Positions 1 to 9,830 of a stretch of 64,000 nucleotides of DNA are shown here, piece by piece. The DNA is taken from NCBI GenBank assembly GCA_040751795.1, contig JBFMHR010000002.1, forward strand, positions 340,091-404,090, in the 5' to 3' direction. Both the position numbers and the translations under genes were made by a program. Below the pieces are notes generated by a model. That model searched no databases. It was not told the DNA's origin and saw only the letters and a program-made list of their open reading frames with translations. Each line of letters starts with the position of its first letter. Position 1 is the stretch's first letter. Source of the DNA: Thermoplasmatota archaeon (GTDB lineage: Archaea > Thermoplasmatota > Thermoplasmata > UBA10834).

Positions 1-64
1 TGAACATGACGGTCAGCAAGAGCACGCACACGGAAACGGATGTTGCACGTCTGGTTGTGTCCAC
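1..64 (-). CDS. 5' end of a probable secreted/membrane protein (runs off the window start)
   Basis: GTG at 64 after a GGAGGGGG SD-like run; translates MDTTRRATSVSVCVLLLTVMF, a signal-peptide-like N-terminus. Confidence 0.55.
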   Translation of the reverse strand, partial: MDTTRRATSVSVCVLLLTVMF

Positions 65-329
65 AGCTCCCCCCTCCTATGCCCCTGCGTCGTCCGCAGG
101 GTCGCGCGGCAGGTTCTCACTGCCGCTAGCTCTCTCCTAAGCGCCATCTGAATCTATCACGGTGCTATAATTAGGTTAGTGCACATTTAGGGCCATGCCC
201 ACTGGGAAGCCGCCGTGGCGAGCCCTCCAGGCAGGGGCCCTCCCCCGCGGGTGCCGTCGGAAAAATGTGACCCAGAGAGGCCTCCCCGGCCTCTCCGGCT
301 AAGAGGTTTGTAGACCCATCCGAGCTCCT

Positions 330-1112
330 TCACTTCTTGTCGTCGTGCTTCTCGAGCCACCTGTCCAGGTTATCGAGCAGGTGGTCGAGCGAGTTCTGCA
401 GCTGGGGCTTCTCGTCTACCTTGTCCTCGTGGTTCTCGATCGCTCTCAGCAGGCCCGGCGGGCCCTTCCCCTTGTCGGGTGGCTCGGGCGGCGGCGTCCA
501 ATTGATCACGACCTCCAGCTCCACCGATGCGCCCCCGTCGGCGCCCTCGTCGTCCGTGACAGTCAGGGTGACTGTGTACGTGCCGTTCGCGGCGAACGTG
601 TGCGTCACCTCCATCCCGGCCGATTCGTGGCCGTCGGAGAAGCTCCAGGAGTAGGCCGCTATCTCGCCGCCGTCGGGGTCGTGCGACCCCGCCGCGCTCA
701 GAACGACGGTCCCGTTCTCGTTGTACACCACCTGTATGGATGCGGTCGGGTCGCTCTCGACCTCGACCACCATCGTCACGGACACCTCGGCGGAGGAGGA
801 GTTCCTCCCGTCCAGGTTGTCAGTCAGGTTCAGCTTCACGGTGTACGTCCCGTTCGCGTCGTACTCGTGCGCGGCGGTCACGCCGTATCCCGCCGTCCCA
901 TCCCCGAAGTCCCAGGAGTAGTTGGCGATAGAACCGTCAGGGTCCGAAGACCCCGAGGCGTCCACGGCGACTGTGAGGCTCTCTGTCTCGAACTCGAAGA
1001 CGGCGAACGGGAGTCTGTTCACGGACTCCTCCCTCGCCTTCGGCTCGAGGATCGCGAGCCCCACGGCTACTATCAATAGAGCAACGGCTGCCGTGGTTGC
1101 CACTAGGACCAT
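330..1112 (-). CDS. PKD-domain surface protein (two PKD repeats, N-terminal membrane anchor)
   Basis: Two copies of (D)ASGSxDPDGxIxxYSWxFxDG...HxY/F...GTYTVxLxxTD; hydrophobic N-terminus. Confidence 0.85.
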   Translation of the reverse strand: MVLVATTAAVALLIVAVGLAILEPKAREESVNRLPFAVFEFETESLTVAVDASGSSDPDGSIANYSWDFGDGTAGYGVTAAHEYDANGTYTVKLNLTDNLDGRNSSSAEVSVTMVVEVESDPTASIQVVYNENGTVVLSAAGSHDPDGGEIAAYSWSFSDGHESAGMEVTHTFAANGTYTVTLTVTDDEGADGGASVELEVVINWTPPPEPPDKGKGPPGLLRAIENHEDKVDEKPQLQNSLDHLLDNLDRWLEKHDDKK

Positions 1113-1258
1113 CCTTGTCCTTGGGCTGATCCTCCCACTCTCCGGAGACAGGGAACGCCGTTATCGTATATCAGTCCCACCACGGCCAGTAGGGAATGGT
1201 GCACCCTTCTGTGCGTCGCCCTCCAGTAGAAATGTAGCTATCTGGACGTCAGAGGGGG

Positions 1259-2641
1259 TCAGCCCTTGGCGCCCATCCGCTCGATGATGGCCGCGACGAG
1301 CGCCACGGACCCGAGCATGCTCTCCACCTTCATGTTCTCGTTCGGCGCGTGGGTGAAGGTCTCCTCGTTGTCGGCGTAGCAGTAGGCCATGCACAGGGGC
1401 GCGTGCTCGGCGAACATCGCCGCAGGCCCCGAGAACTGGGCCATCGGGACCACGCCCGTCCCGGCCGGGGCGCACACCTCCTTCATTATCGAGTGGACCA
1501 GCCTGATGTAGGGGTGGTTCACCGGAGTCTTGGCGGGCTCCAGGCCGGGCTTCTTGATGACGTCTATGTCAGTGAAGCCCCGCGCGTCCAGGTGCCTCCT
1601 CAGCAACGTGTGGACCTTGTCGACCGTGAGGTCGGGCACCATCCTCACGTCCAGCTTCGCGCTCGCCTTGGCCGGCACCACGGTCATGTCCTCGACCCCC
1701 TGGTAGCCCGTGGTCACGCCGCATATGGACATCTGCGGCCTCAGGAAGAGCTCCTTGAGCAGCTCCACGTCCCTCCTTCCCATGAGGGGCCTCTCCAGGC
1801 CGTACTCCTGCATGATCTGCGTGGTGAGGTCCCCCTGGTACTCCCTCAGCGCCTGGACGTCCTCATCCAGCGGCTCCTTCACCAGCTCGTCGAACCCGTC
1901 CACCGTGATGCTCTCGTCCGGGGCCTTCAGCGTGCTCAATGCCCAGACCAGCCGCCATGCGGCGTTCGGCACGGCCGCGGCCTCGCCCGAGTGCGCGTCG
2001 GTCCTGGCGAAGTGAGGGGCGCCCTTGGTGACGAGCTCGAAGTATGCGTCGCCCTTCAGCCCGCAGACGACCTCGCCCGGGCTCGCAGGCGTCGCGCTAA
2101 CGCCCTCCCACACGCTGCCGTCGGCAGTGATGAAGTCCTTGTGTTCTTTGGTGAAAGCGGGGAGCGACATGGAGCCCGCCTCTTCCTCCCCCTCGACCAC
2201 GAAGCGGACGTTGACCGGCAGCTCGCCCAGGATGTCCTCGATGAGGTCCACCCCGGCCATGCTGGCCGCGAGCGGACCCTTGTCGTCGCTGACCCCCCGT
2301 CCGTAGATCTTTCCCTCGCGCGTCGCGAGCTCCCATGGGGACGAGCGCCACAGGCCCAGGTCCCCCGCGGGCTGCACGTCGTAGTGGTGGTAGAAGAGCA
2401 GCGTCTTCTCCGCGCCCTTGTCCTTGGAAGCGTAGACGATCGGCGCGCCTCCCTTCACAAACAGCGCCGACCTGTAGCCCCTCCTTCTGAACTCCCTGTC
2501 GACGAGTCCAGCGCACTCCTTCAGGGGCTCCTCTTCCCTCGGAGCTATCGTCTTGAATTGTACCATTTCGGCGAGAAAGTCCATCGCGCCCTTCTCATGA
2601 TCCTTGGATCTGCCCTTCAGCGCCGCGAAAGTCTGCACCAT
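1259..2641 (-). CDS. M20/M25/M40 family metallopeptidase (ArgE/DapE/dipeptidase-like)
   Basis: HYDVQP, GRGVSDDKG, EGEEE and HAPNE motifs. Confidence 0.9.
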   Translation of the reverse strand: MVQTFAALKGRSKDHEKGAMDFLAEMVQFKTIAPREEEPLKECAGLVDREFRRRGYRSALFVKGGAPIVYASKDKGAEKTLLFYHHYDVQPAGDLGLWRSSPWELATREGKIYGRGVSDDKGPLAASMAGVDLIEDILGELPVNVRFVVEGEEEAGSMSLPAFTKEHKDFITADGSVWEGVSATPASPGEVVCGLKGDAYFELVTKGAPHFARTDAHSGEAAAVPNAAWRLVWALSTLKAPDESITVDGFDELVKEPLDEDVQALREYQGDLTTQIMQEYGLERPLMGRRDVELLKELFLRPQMSICGVTTGYQGVEDMTVVPAKASAKLDVRMVPDLTVDKVHTLLRRHLDARGFTDIDVIKKPGLEPAKTPVNHPYIRLVHSIMKEVCAPAGTGVVPMAQFSGPAAMFAEHAPLCMAYCYADNEETFTHAPNENMKVESMLGSVALVAAIIERMGAKG

Positions 2642-3688
2642 GCACGCACTCCCGTGGGATCTCCGATGCCCGGAATCCGGAATGTAGCAGCACTATTTAG
2701 ATGGGTCGAACCCGGAATCACTGCGGTTTCGTCCTCGAAAAGTCGTCCTGCACTCGCCTGCAATTCGCCACGCTGGCCAGGCATGGATGCACCACGTCGG
2801 ATGCATCGATTGCCGGGATTTCTTGAGCATGGCTTCCAATCCCGAACGCGGCCCCGATAGCTGCTGGACCTGGGGAAATACCGGTGAGTTATCTGCTCCG
2901 AATGTGAGCACGGATTACCATGCACCGTCCCCTAACGAGAACCATCTCATCGCACCCTTCAATTTGCACCTAAGCGGCCTCTCGGACCTGCGAATATATG
3001 TGATAGGTATACAGGATAAGATGTCAATGATACTATCTATTAGAAGAATAGCATAATGGTTAATCGTACTCTCCGCCCAAACCCACGGCGTGATGCCCAC
3101 CCATTGGCTCCAGCTCACTTGGATAGTATCTGCCTGGACTCATGGCTGGGTGATCTGGCTATCCGTTCCAGCGTCTCTGGATGGCTCGAGTTCAGGTTCA
3201 CTCCATGGCGCGGGGCTCCCAATGCAGGCCTCGAATCCGCCTCTCTCCCTCGACGCAAAACGTGAGGCGTGCTATCTCGGAGCACGCTGGTTATATCGTA
3301 CGTGCTATGCTAGCACATATCATGCTGTCCGCCGTCGTCGGACGGAAATATATGTGTGACCTATACAATGGCCGTTGATATAGATACATAGAGAAATAGT
3401 ATAATTGTATGGTCGAATCAACCCCTTCTATTGCCCCCGTAGGGGGCAAAGGGGGCGGAATGCCCCTCGGATCCCGATTTTTCGCTGCTTCCTAAGGGGG
3501 TTTTGACCGATTTATTCGTATCCTTGATACAGAGTAGCACGATTTGAGCACGAATCCACTGCTGGATGGAGGGTGTCCCGGACGCCCACCATCGGAAACG
3601 GCAACAAATAGGGGATAAGGCGACGTTTTGACTAGGGGTCCGGGAGGGGGGTGAGCGGTCCAGGGCGTTTTGGACCCAAAATGCGACA

Positions 3689-3698
3689 TTTTTATATA
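3689..3698 (+). promoter_or_regulatory. TATA box upstream of the tyrosine recombinase
   Basis: TTTTTATATA about 60 bp upstream of ATG 3758, followed by an imperfect inverted repeat TGTCGGAC-aatc-GTCCAACA. Confidence 0.55.
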
Positions 3699-3757
3699 GG
3701 CACAATTCGATGCTTTGTCGGACAATCGTCCAACAGGTAAGGGATGGGAAACCTACC

Positions 3758-4411
3758 ATGAGAAAGTATCTCAAGGAGGACGAGCTAAAGGCGTTGCTCG
3801 AGGCTCCTCGACGGATGCGCGACCGTCTGATCATCAAACTCATGTACGAAACGGGGATGCGGGTAGGCGAGCTAGCAGCCTTGACAATCGGTGACGTGGA
3901 CCTCGAGTCGGGCGAGATCACGATCCAGAGGGCGAAGAGGCACGAGGAGGGGCGCAAGGTCCCCATAGTCGACAGCTGGACCAAGACGATGCTCCACGAC
4001 TACATCGGCACCAGGAAGATACGGAAGGACCCGCTCTTCGTCTCCAACAAGCGCGGCCCGCTGTCCAGGCGGCAGGTTGAGCGCCTGGTCTCCAACTACG
4101 CGGAGAAGGCCGGGATCGAGCCAGACAAGCGCCATCCGCACGTCCTGAGGCACACTCACGCGGTCCACGCCCTGAAGTCTGGCATAGACCTGAGGACGCT
4201 CCAGCAGAACCTGGGCCACTCCAGCATCGAGGTCACGGCCATATACCTCACGATGGACATCGACGACAGGAAGGAGGCGTACTCGAAGCACCCGCTGCCT
4301 GGCATGTCCGAGCACGCGGAGCCAGATGACGCCGAGGAGGGCCACGCGGGCGAGGCGCTCACTGTGCACTCCAATCACTCGAGCTCGTTCGTGCTCTCAG
4401 GTGATGTTTAG
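3758..4411 (+). CDS. Tyrosine recombinase/integrase (XerA/XerC-like, catalytic domain only)
   Basis: Intact catalytic set: ETGMRVGEL (R), HPHVLRH (HxxR), LGHSS (H), TAIYL (Y); ATG 3758 preferred over the track start 3710. Confidence 0.9.
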   Translation: MRKYLKEDELKALLEAPRRMRDRLIIKLMYETGMRVGELAALTIGDVDLESGEITIQRAKRHEEGRKVPIVDSWTKTMLHDYIGTRKIRKDPLFVSNKRGPLSRRQVERLVSNYAEKAGIEPDKRHPHVLRHTHAVHALKSGIDLRTLQQNLGHSSIEVTAIYLTMDIDDRKEAYSKHPLPGMSEHAEPDDAEEGHAGEALTVHSNHSSSFVLSGDV

Positions 4412-4559
4412 TCAGCACCTAAACAAATCTATTGCAAACATCTTACACCTATCATATTCTCCTGTATGGCTAGAATGGGCGGAGACCGCCCCCTCCGAGC
4501 CGCATTTTCGGGCGCCCCGGGATTAGTTCATATCCCGCGATGCCCTATCGCGCGACGCG

Positions 4560-5942
4560 ATGCAGGAAGAGTGGACCGAGAAGTACAGGCCCAAGTCCCT
4601 CTCCCAGATCATGGGGAACAACTACGCGGTGCGCTCCATGCGGAACTGGGCGGAGTCGTGGTCTAAGGGGAAGCCGCGCTACAAGGCCATGGTGCTCAGG
4701 GGCGAGCCAGGCACCGGGAAGACCAGCTCGGCGCTCGCCCTCGCCAACGACTTCGGGTGGGACGTCGTCGAGATGAACGCCTCCGACCACAGGAACGCCG
4801 ATTCGATCAAGCGCGTCGCCGGGCTCGGGGCCATATCCCAGACGCTCACTCTGGACGGCGAGTTCCGCTCCACCGCGCAGGGGAAGAGGAAGCTCATAAT
4901 CCTCGACGAGGCCGACAACCTGTTCGGGAGGGAGGACTACGGCGGCGCGAAGGCGATCGTCGAGGTCATCAGGGAGTCGAGCCAGCCAGTCATACTGATA
5001 GTCAACGACTACTACGAGCTGACGAGGAAGGCGTCCGCGCTCAAGACCCTCTCGGACAAGGCGGTGTTCAGGAGGCTGGACGACCGGACGGTCGTCGCGG
5101 TGCTGGCGCGCATCGCCAAGGCGGAAGGCGTCACGCTGGGCCAGCCCTCGCTCGAGAAGATCGCGGAGAACGCTGGCGGCGACCTCAGGGCGGCCGTCAA
5201 CGACCTCCAGATGCTGGTGGAGGGCAGGACGGAGGTGCGGGCGGAGCACACGTCCGTGCTCTCGGAGAGGAACCAGGAGGCGCAGCTGGGCGACTCGCTC
5301 AGGGCCATGTTCGGCGCCAAGACGGCCAAGGAGGCCCAGGACGCCACGATGGACCTGGACAAGCTCCCGGAGGAGCTGGAGAAGTGGGTGGAGGAGAGCA
5401 TCCCGAGCGAGATGAAGGACCCGCGGGACCTCGCGGCCGCCTTCGAGGCCATATCCCGGGCGGACATCTACCTCAGGAGGAGCAGGAAGCTCCAGCACTA
5501 CGGCATGTGGGCCTACGCGCGCACGATGATGACGGGCGGCGTCGCCCTGTCCAGGAGGTACGGCGCGAGGCCGCACGTCGGCGAGTACGGGTTCCCCAGC
5601 CACTTCATGGTCATGTCCCGCGCCAAGGGCGCCAACGCGGCGAGGGAGTCGCTCAGGGCCAAGCTCAGCCCCCAGTTCCACACCTCGGGCAAGGAGTTCA
5701 GCGAGGCGGTCCTGCCGGCCCTCGTGACGCTGGCCAGGCGGGAGAGGGGGATACTCCTCAAGCTCGCGGTCGACGCGGAGCTGGACGACGGGGACGTCGC
5801 GTACCTCCTCGGCAGCGAGCCGGGCTCGGCCGAGGTCGAGGCGGTGATGGCGAAGGCCCGCGCCTCCAAGGGCGAGGATGACCCGGGCAGGGCCGCGAAG
5901 GCCAGGCCGCGCTCGAGGGGCAGGAGCCTCGGGGACTTCTGA
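4560..5942 (+). CDS. rfcL: Replication factor C large subunit
   Basis: WTEKYRPK, Walker A GEPGTGKT, EMNASD, LIILDEAD. Confidence 0.93.
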   Translation: MQEEWTEKYRPKSLSQIMGNNYAVRSMRNWAESWSKGKPRYKAMVLRGEPGTGKTSSALALANDFGWDVVEMNASDHRNADSIKRVAGLGAISQTLTLDGEFRSTAQGKRKLIILDEADNLFGREDYGGAKAIVEVIRESSQPVILIVNDYYELTRKASALKTLSDKAVFRRLDDRTVVAVLARIAKAEGVTLGQPSLEKIAENAGGDLRAAVNDLQMLVEGRTEVRAEHTSVLSERNQEAQLGDSLRAMFGAKTAKEAQDATMDLDKLPEELEKWVEESIPSEMKDPRDLAAAFEAISRADIYLRRSRKLQHYGMWAYARTMMTGGVALSRRYGARPHVGEYGFPSHFMVMSRAKGANAARESLRAKLSPQFHTSGKEFSEAVLPALVTLARRERGILLKLAVDAELDDGDVAYLLGSEPGSAEVEAVMAKARASKGEDDPGRAAKARPRSRGRSLGDF

Positions 5943-5951
5943 GGTGGCCCC

Positions 5952-6881
5952 ATGGACGCGCGCACGAGGGAGCACCTGGAGAAGCAGCAGTACAGGATCA
6001 TAGGCGACACGGGCGCCGTCAAGCTGTGCCACTGGATGCGCCAGAAGCTGATCCACGGGAGGCCGTGCTACAAGGAGGAGTTCTACGGGATCAGCTCCCA
6101 CAGGTGCCTCCAGATGACCCCCGCCGTCAACGTCTGCAACTTCAGGTGCCTCTTCTGCTGGCGCTTCCACGGAATGTCCAGCCTCGAGGGCACCGGCTAC
6201 CCGGGTCCGGAGGAGCTCCTCGAGGGGTGCCTGGAGGAGCAGCGGTCCTTGGTGTCGGGCTTCAAGGGGGACGAGAGGTGCGACCCGGCGCTCTGGGAGG
6301 AGTCCAGGAGCCCGGACCAGGTGGCCATCTCCCTGTCCGGGGAGCCGACCCTCTACCCCGAGCTGGGGGAGTTCATCGCGCTGTGCAAGAGGCGGGGCAT
6401 GACGACCTTCCTCGTCACCAACGGCTCCGTCCCGAAGGCGCTGGCCGATCTCTCCTGCATGCCGACCCAGCTCTACGTCACGGTCGCCGCGCCGAACAGG
6501 GAGGTCTTCAAGCGGCTCTGCGTCCCCCAGTTCGACCGCGCCTGGGACAACCTGATGGAGACCCTGGACCTGCTCGGCTCCCTCCCGACGAGGACGGTCG
6601 TGAGGCACACCCTGGTGAAGGGCTGGAACCTGGGGTGGGAGGACGACTACGCCAAGCTGGACGAGCGCGCGGACCCGACCTTCGTAGAGTCGAAGGGGTA
6701 CGTGTTCGTGGGCGACTCCCGCACCAGGATGACGGTCGACAACATGCCCCCGCACTCGTCGGTGAGGGAGTTCTCGTCCCGGCTCGCCCAGAGCCTGTCG
6801 CTGGACCAGCTGGCCGAGCGCGAGGACAGCAGGGTGGTGCTGCTTGGGGAGAAGGGCACCGCCCTGAGGGTCAGGGACTGA
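5952..6881 (+). CDS. taw1: 4-demethylwyosine synthase (radical SAM)
   Basis: VKLCHW, CYKEEFYGISSHRCLQMTP, CNFRCLFCWR, AISLSGEPTLYP. Confidence 0.92.
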   Translation: MDARTREHLEKQQYRIIGDTGAVKLCHWMRQKLIHGRPCYKEEFYGISSHRCLQMTPAVNVCNFRCLFCWRFHGMSSLEGTGYPGPEELLEGCLEEQRSLVSGFKGDERCDPALWEESRSPDQVAISLSGEPTLYPELGEFIALCKRRGMTTFLVTNGSVPKALADLSCMPTQLYVTVAAPNREVFKRLCVPQFDRAWDNLMETLDLLGSLPTRTVVRHTLVKGWNLGWEDDYAKLDERADPTFVESKGYVFVGDSRTRMTVDNMPPHSSVREFSSRLAQSLSLDQLAEREDSRVVLLGEKGTALRVRD

Positions 6882-6883
6882 GC

Positions 6884-8797
6884 TCACTTCAGCCTGATCG
6901 TCTCGAGGTTCAGGGGCGCCCTGGTCTCGATGCCGAACTTCTTGTACAGCGTGCTGGCCAGCTCGCCGCACTTGTACTCCTCCCCGTGGCAGATGATGAT
7001 CCTCTCCGGCCTCGGCTCCAGGGTGCTGACGTAGTTCACCAGCTGGCGCCTGTCGGAGTGCCCGGAGAAGCCGTCCACGGTCTCGATGTCCATCTTCATG
7101 TGGAGGGTGATCGGCTTGCCCCTGTCGTTGATCGTGATGTCGGTCCAGCCCTTCTGGATCTTCCGGCCCATGGTCCCGTCCGCCTGGTACCCCACGAAGA
7201 CGAGGGTGTTCAGGGGGTTGTCGCACCAGGCCTTGAAGTACTCCATGACCGGCCCGCCGTTCATCATGCCGCTCGTCGCCAGCACTATGCACGACTCGGG
7301 GTCGTGGCATATGCGCTCCCTCATGTCGGGGCTGTCGACGCGCTTGAAGACGTCGGACAGGAACGGGTTCTCGCCCATCTGGAAGATCTGCGTCCTGAGC
7401 TGGCTGTTGAGGTACTCGGGATAGGCCGTGTGTATGGCCGTCGCCTCGAATATCATGCCGTCCAGGTAGATCGGGACCTTGGGGATCTGGTGGTTCCTCA
7501 TGAGCTCCTCGAGGACCAGCATGACCTCCTGCGACCTGCCGACCGCGAACACGGGCAGCAGGATCTTGCCCCCCCTCTGCAGGGTCGCGCGCGCGATCTC
7601 CCTGATCTGGTTGCCGGCGTCCTGCCTGCTGGGCTGCATGTCGTGGTAGCCGCCGTAGGTCGACTCTATGACGAGCGTCTCGAGCCTCGGGAACTTGTTC
7701 ACCGAGGCGTTGAAGAGCCAGGACTTCTCGAACTTCATGTCGCCGCTGAAGGCGATGTTATAAAGCCCGTCGCCGACGTGGAAGTGGGCTATGGACGAGC
7801 CGAGGATGTGCCCGGCGTTCTGGAGCGTGAGCCTCACGTCGGGGGATATGTCCGTGGTCTCGCCGTACTTCAGGGGTATGCAGTGCATGACCACGTCCCT
7901 GATGTGCGACGACTCGTACGGCGCCTTCTTCCCCTCGCCAACGGCGACCTTGATAAAGTCCAGCTGGAGCAGCGACATCAGGTCCCTCGTGGGCGGGGTG
8001 CAGTACACGGGCCCCTCGTAGCCGTACTTGTACAGCACGGGCAGCAGGCCGCAGTGGTCCAGGTGCGCGTGCGTGATGACGATGGCGTCGAGCGACTCCA
8101 GGGGCATCAGCTCGGGGGCGCTGAGGTAGGGCGTCGAGCCGTTGTCGTCGGCCGAGACGGCCACGCCGCAGTCGATGAGGACCTTGCTCTCCCTGGTCGT
8201 GAGGAGCGACGCGCTCCTCCCGACCTCGCGGTACCCGCCGAGGGCTGTGACCCTGAGCCATGTCTCCTCGTTCAGGCGCTGGCGCATGAGCCTCCTGCCG
8301 ACCTTCCGCAGGAACTCCTTCCTGTCCTCCTGGACCTTCCTGAGGTAGTTCCTGATCTCGCTCACGGTCTTGGAGGGTATCGGGGGAGCGCGCACGACCT
8401 TGGCCGCCCAGCCGATCTCCTTCTTGATCTCGTTCAGGATGGCGCCGTGCTTGCCTATCACGAGGCCGGGGGATATCGCTTCTATGGTGACCTCCCCCGT
8501 GTCGTCCTCGAAGTAGATGTTGGTGATCTTGGCCTCCTCGGGGATGATCTTCCTGATCTTCTCCTCGGCGCTCTCCGGGCTGGCCAGGGTGCTGGGGTCG
8601 GGCCTTATGGCGACCCTCCTCCTCAGCGTCTGGGCCAGCTGCCTCACGAGGTCGTTGTTGGTGGAGAACTCCTCGAGGTTCTTGGTGTAGATGACTATCA
8701 CTGGACCCTCGAAGTCGATGTCCGTGACCTCGATGTGGGTGGGCAGGGTCTTCTTGACCGCCTCCCTCGCGTCTTCTAGAACCTTCTCTATGCCCAT
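6884..8797 (-). CDS. fttA: KH-domain beta-CASP ribonuclease aCPSF1 (FttA)
   Basis: N-terminal KH region (GLVIGKHG), GGYREVGRS, HAHLDH, GHILGS, GFSGHSD; adjacent to psmB as is typical in archaea. Confidence 0.95.
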   Translation of the reverse strand: MGIEKVLEDAREAVKKTLPTHIEVTDIDFEGPVIVIYTKNLEEFSTNNDLVRQLAQTLRRRVAIRPDPSTLASPESAEEKIRKIIPEEAKITNIYFEDDTGEVTIEAISPGLVIGKHGAILNEIKKEIGWAAKVVRAPPIPSKTVSEIRNYLRKVQEDRKEFLRKVGRRLMRQRLNEETWLRVTALGGYREVGRSASLLTTRESKVLIDCGVAVSADDNGSTPYLSAPELMPLESLDAIVITHAHLDHCGLLPVLYKYGYEGPVYCTPPTRDLMSLLQLDFIKVAVGEGKKAPYESSHIRDVVMHCIPLKYGETTDISPDVRLTLQNAGHILGSSIAHFHVGDGLYNIAFSGDMKFEKSWLFNASVNKFPRLETLVIESTYGGYHDMQPSRQDAGNQIREIARATLQRGGKILLPVFAVGRSQEVMLVLEELMRNHQIPKVPIYLDGMIFEATAIHTAYPEYLNSQLRTQIFQMGENPFLSDVFKRVDSPDMRERICHDPESCIVLATSGMMNGGPVMEYFKAWCDNPLNTLVFVGYQADGTMGRKIQKGWTDITINDRGKPITLHMKMDIETVDGFSGHSDRRQLVNYVSTLEPRPERIIICHGEEYKCGELASTLYKKFGIETRAPLNLETIRLK

Positions 8798-8854
8798 CTG
8801 TTCTCACTCAGCTTGAACGTGAACGATCCCCGTACGGTGTGGCCCGGGGTGCCC

Positions 8855-9493
8855 TCAGTTGAGTTTCATCTTAGCCAGGCGCTTCTGGACTTCCTTGTCG
8901 TCCAGGGGCGTGAAGCCCTCCGGCGTGATGGTGGCGACGGTGTAGCCGTCGCCGGAGGCCGAGTCGCGCCTCATGGCGGCGTGCAGCGACCTGATGGCCA
9001 GGTCGACGCCGTCGTTGACAGTGAGGTCCTTCTGGTAGTGGTCCTCGAGGACGCCGTACACGTACGGCGAGCCGGAGCCGGTGGTGACGTAGTCGTCGGG
9101 GATGGCCCCTCCGACCATGTCCAGGGCGTAGACGTGGCCGCCGTCCTTGTCCACGCCGCCGAGTATGAGGCCCACCCAGTACGGGTAGAACCTGCTGCCC
9201 GCGAGTATGTTGGAGGTCAGGGTCGCGCCGGACTTGACCGTCATCGGCTGGCCCCTCTTGAGCTTGTAGAGCTCCACCTCCGCGGTGATGTACCGCGCGA
9301 GGGTCTGGGCGTCGCCGACTACCCCCGCGACCGCGAGCCCCATGTTGTCGTCGATCTTGAAAAGCTTCTGCGTGGTCTTGTGGGCTATGAGCGTGCCCAT
9401 CGTGGCCCTCTTCTCAGTGGCCATGACCACTCCGTCCTTGCAGACGAGGCCTATTGTGGTCGTGCCCTTCTTGACATCTTCAGTGCTTGTCAT
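8855..9493 (-). CDS. psmB: Proteasome beta subunit
   Basis: Propeptide then KKG|TTTIG catalytic Thr; GSGS and RDSASG motifs. Confidence 0.95.
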   Translation of the reverse strand: MTSTEDVKKGTTTIGLVCKDGVVMATEKRATMGTLIAHKTTQKLFKIDDNMGLAVAGVVGDAQTLARYITAEVELYKLKRGQPMTVKSGATLTSNILAGSRFYPYWVGLILGGVDKDGGHVYALDMVGGAIPDDYVTTGSGSPYVYGVLEDHYQKDLTVNDGVDLAIRSLHAAMRRDSASGDGYTVATITPEGFTPLDDKEVQKRLAKMKLN

Positions 9494-9652
9494 GGATTAA
9501 CACCACTGCGAAAATCGGTGTGTTAAAAGCCGTTTTAGAACGCATGACGGTGGCAGTATATAATTGTTTTTCAGGATTGCGAGCTGGCGCCCCTGCCAGG
9601 CTCCCATCAGCCAGGGGCAACGTTTAAGGCCGATGGGGGAGAATAGTATCCC

Positions 9653-9770
9653 TGAGATGGGTAGCCTGTAAGTCCCTTCCTTGGTTGCACGCGACCCTTG
9701 TGGACACCGTGCTCCTAGAACTGGATTCGGAAGGGCCTGGCGTCAGGAAACCGATTGCCTGCCCATCTCA
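9653..9770 (+). ncRNA. Candidate structured non-coding RNA (~120 nt)
   Basis: 12-bp closing stem TGAGATGGGTAG/CTGCCCATCTCA with nested CCCTTCC/GGAAGGG and GCACG/CGTGC stems; TTTAAG box at 9623. Confidence 0.5.
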
Positions 9771-9830
9771 CCCTTCTTCGTCGCTAGACTTAATACCTGA
9801 ACGGTCGATAGGCACAGCAGAGGCCCCCCG

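Noticed and set aside
3560-3615. Canonical ORB replication origin
   Set aside because: Only fragmentary similarity (CCATCGGAAAC, ATGGAGGGT), not repeated, and no orc1/cdc6 gene nearby
3758-4411. Provirus or integron associated with the recombinase
   Set aside because: No viral or plasmid genes, no adjacent tRNA att site, no cassette array
4545-8779. Very long alternative-frame ORFs (e.g. 921 aa at 4545-7310 and 917 aa at 6026-8779; many similar throughout)
   Set aside because: Shadow frames of high-GC genes; R/G/P-rich, motif-free and overlapping well-supported genes
9664-9676. GCCTGTAAGTCCC resembling the eukaryotic 7SL/Alu 5' motif
   Set aside because: Short match without the Alu two-hairpin fold; the real SRP RNA is at 39351-39659
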